From: Candidatus Marinacidobacterales bacterium
GTDB lineage: Bacteria > Acidobacteriota > Vicinamibacteria > Marinacidobacterales > SMYC01
Length of the DNA stretch: 64,000 bases
Direction: 5' to 3'
NCBI GenBank assembly: GCA_965237955.1
Contig: OZ250169.1
Location: forward strand, 512,001-576,000
Positions 62,317-64,000 of the stretch are shown one piece after another. A program made the translations under genes and the position numbers. Numbering within the stretch: the first letter of the stretch is position 1; every line of letters begins with the position of its first letter. Below the pieces are notes generated by a model. That model saw only the letters and a list, made by a program, of their open reading frames with translations, was not told the DNA's origin and did not search any database.

Positions 62317-63525
62317 ATGATCGACCGCCGTACATTGAGATGTCGTGGCTGTGATTCGAAGATTATCACGCGCACTCAAGTTGGGTACCGCGACAGCCAA
62401 ACAAACTCGTTCGCGTGTCCGAAATGCGATATTCAACTTGAGTACGTCATGGACCTTGATCAGAAGAATGTTGCGCTATCGTACCGTCAGCCCACGAATG
62501 CTGACTGGGTCGACGACGAGGAAGGTGCGATCGCGACTCTGACGTTTAGCGACGCGAATCCCGTGTCGGTCTCGGTCGCTCCCTTAAGCCCATTTATTGC
62601 GACCTTCGGGAATATTGAAGACATAGACGACTACACACGGTCTGAGGGCGTTCGCCAGCAGTTTGCGTGCGTTGATTATAACTACATCGAGCGGTGCATC
62701 GTTCACTTCGAACGTGGCGATTGGGAGTTATTCGATAAGGCGTCTCCTCCGAACGGCACGAGAGAAACCTCACCGCGGCACCGTTTGATCGCTCTTTACA
62801 ATGCAATTCAAGCCGGTTTGTCTAACTTCACGCTTACGCCCAGGGCGGAACGCGACCGCGTTCTGCATCGGTTTAACTTTGCCCGCTCACACCGGCGGGA
62901 CTTTATTCATGATCTCGCAGACTTGTACGTGGGAAGCGGGCGCATGTTGAAGCTTTGGAAGGAGCTCGCTACCGTTCGACGAGCGTTTCTCGGCTGCTAC
63001 AACGAGGGGTTGCATCTACTCGTGCAAATTCGCTATTGGCGCGAGGACCTTCGTGACTTGACCGAGCTCAAAGTGTCCATGAAGCAGTTCGACCGATTCA
63101 GGCAACTCTACATCGATTCTTTCGAGACGCTTTGCCGCCTACTGGTTCTCGCCACAGTGGTGGAGGCGGTAATTCATACACATAGCCTGAACGTGCCGCT
63201 GTCTAGGCGATCCATGTCGTTAGACGAGTTCGAGGCGTTACCGAACGGAGTGAAACGCGAACACTTCGTCAAGTCGGTTGTCGGAGATCTATTTGCTGAC
63301 GTGCTGGACATGAAGCTACGGAACGGCATCAGCCATCATGAAGCTCACTACGATGCTGGTATGGACGAGATCGTACTCTACGACACGAAACAGCCAGCTA
63401 CGGTCGGACGGAGAATCGGATACACCGAGTTCTGCGATAAGGTCCTACGACTATTTGCGGCAGTTGAACTCGCAGCAACGTACCATCATGCGTTACACAT
63501 TCAGGCAGATGGCCGGCTTAGTTAG
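62317..63525 (+). CDS. Zn-ribbon + putative HEPN-motif protein (about 402 aa)
   Basis: CRGC...CPKC at the N-terminus; LRNGISHH (RxxxxH) near the C-terminus. Confidence 0.65.
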   Translation: MIDRRTLRCRGCDSKIITRTQVGYRDSQTNSFACPKCDIQLEYVMDLDQKNVALSYRQPTNADWVDDEEGAIATLTFSDANPVSVSVAPLSPFIATFGNIEDIDDYTRSEGVRQQFACVDYNYIERCIVHFERGDWELFDKASPPNGTRETSPRHRLIALYNAIQAGLSNFTLTPRAERDRVLHRFNFARSHRRDFIHDLADLYVGSGRMLKLWKELATVRRAFLGCYNEGLHLLVQIRYWREDLRDLTELKVSMKQFDRFRQLYIDSFETLCRLLVLATVVEAVIHTHSLNVPLSRRSMSLDEFEALPNGVKREHFVKSVVGDLFADVLDMKLRNGISHHEAHYDAGMDEIVLYDTKQPATVGRRIGYTEFCDKVLRLFAAVELAATYHHALHIQADGRLS

Positions 63526-63652
63526 GAAGTGTGTCGTTTAAGAATACGAATTGGCGGCCAGTTCCTCGACGGCGCTCGCCACCGGAGCATGCGGAACGTA
63601 TGACGGTCTCGTGTCCGGAAATACGAACGGAGCCCGAAAGCCCAAGTCCTAG

Positions 63653-64000
63653 TGTTTCGGTTCAGCTGGAACATGACAGTCCTGAAGTTAAAATACGCAC
63701 ATGGAAAAAGGAGCTGTCATGAGCAAAGGTCGTCGTCGTCACACTGCGGAGCAAAAGGCAGAGCTGTTGCGCCAGCACGTTGCCGAGAAAAAGCCGGTCT
63801 CGGAGGTATGCAACGAGGCAGAAATCCAGCCGAGCCTGTTCTACACATGGCAAAGGGAGCTATTGGCTGGAGCCCATACGGTGTTTTCGTTCCGTCGTGC
63901 GCCGAGCCGTGAGAAGGAGCTAGAGGAGAAGCTCTCCCGTCTCGCGGCGAAGGTGGCCCGTAAAGATCAGATCATCGCTGAGGTGACCGAAGAGTACGTG
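63653..64000 (+). mobile_element. IS3-family element, left end and orfA (ATG 63719), continues past window
   Basis: TG-starting IRL, AAGGAG RBS, MSKGRRRHTAEQKAELLRQH...VSEVC...PSLFYTWQ. Confidence 0.8.

Overview
A GC-rich, heavily rearranged bacterial defence and mobile-element island. The autotransporter and carboxypeptidase-regulatory-domain fragments suggest an Acidobacteria-like host (inference). The window opens with the distal end of a type I-G (I-U) CRISPR-Cas locus: csb2, cas4-cas1, cas2 and a 62-repeat array cut off by a transposon end. Defence-type loci follow: a truncated TIR gene, a DUF4365 nuclease with a coupled partner, an HNH nuclease, a complete type I R-M operon whose HsdR carries a C-terminal Schlafen/AlbA_2 domain, ApeA-type HEPN, a double-GTPase/GASH/GAP1 conflict operon, a Zn-ribbon-HEPN gene, and remnants of type ISP, DISARM and WYL genes. 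Mobile DNA includes a DUF2924 + serine recombinase element, an IS110 with a visible bridge-RNA-like ncRNA, and IS256, IS21, IS3 and IS1380 remnants. Two rve/DDE IS families (called A and B here) are also present, and about 17 family-A-type ends delimit most modules. A group IIC intron sits in the sense orientation inside one IS copy. A UxxC ArsC-like selenoprotein with a SECIS hairpin is missed by the ORF track. All family assignments come from motif recognition by eye, not from database searches.
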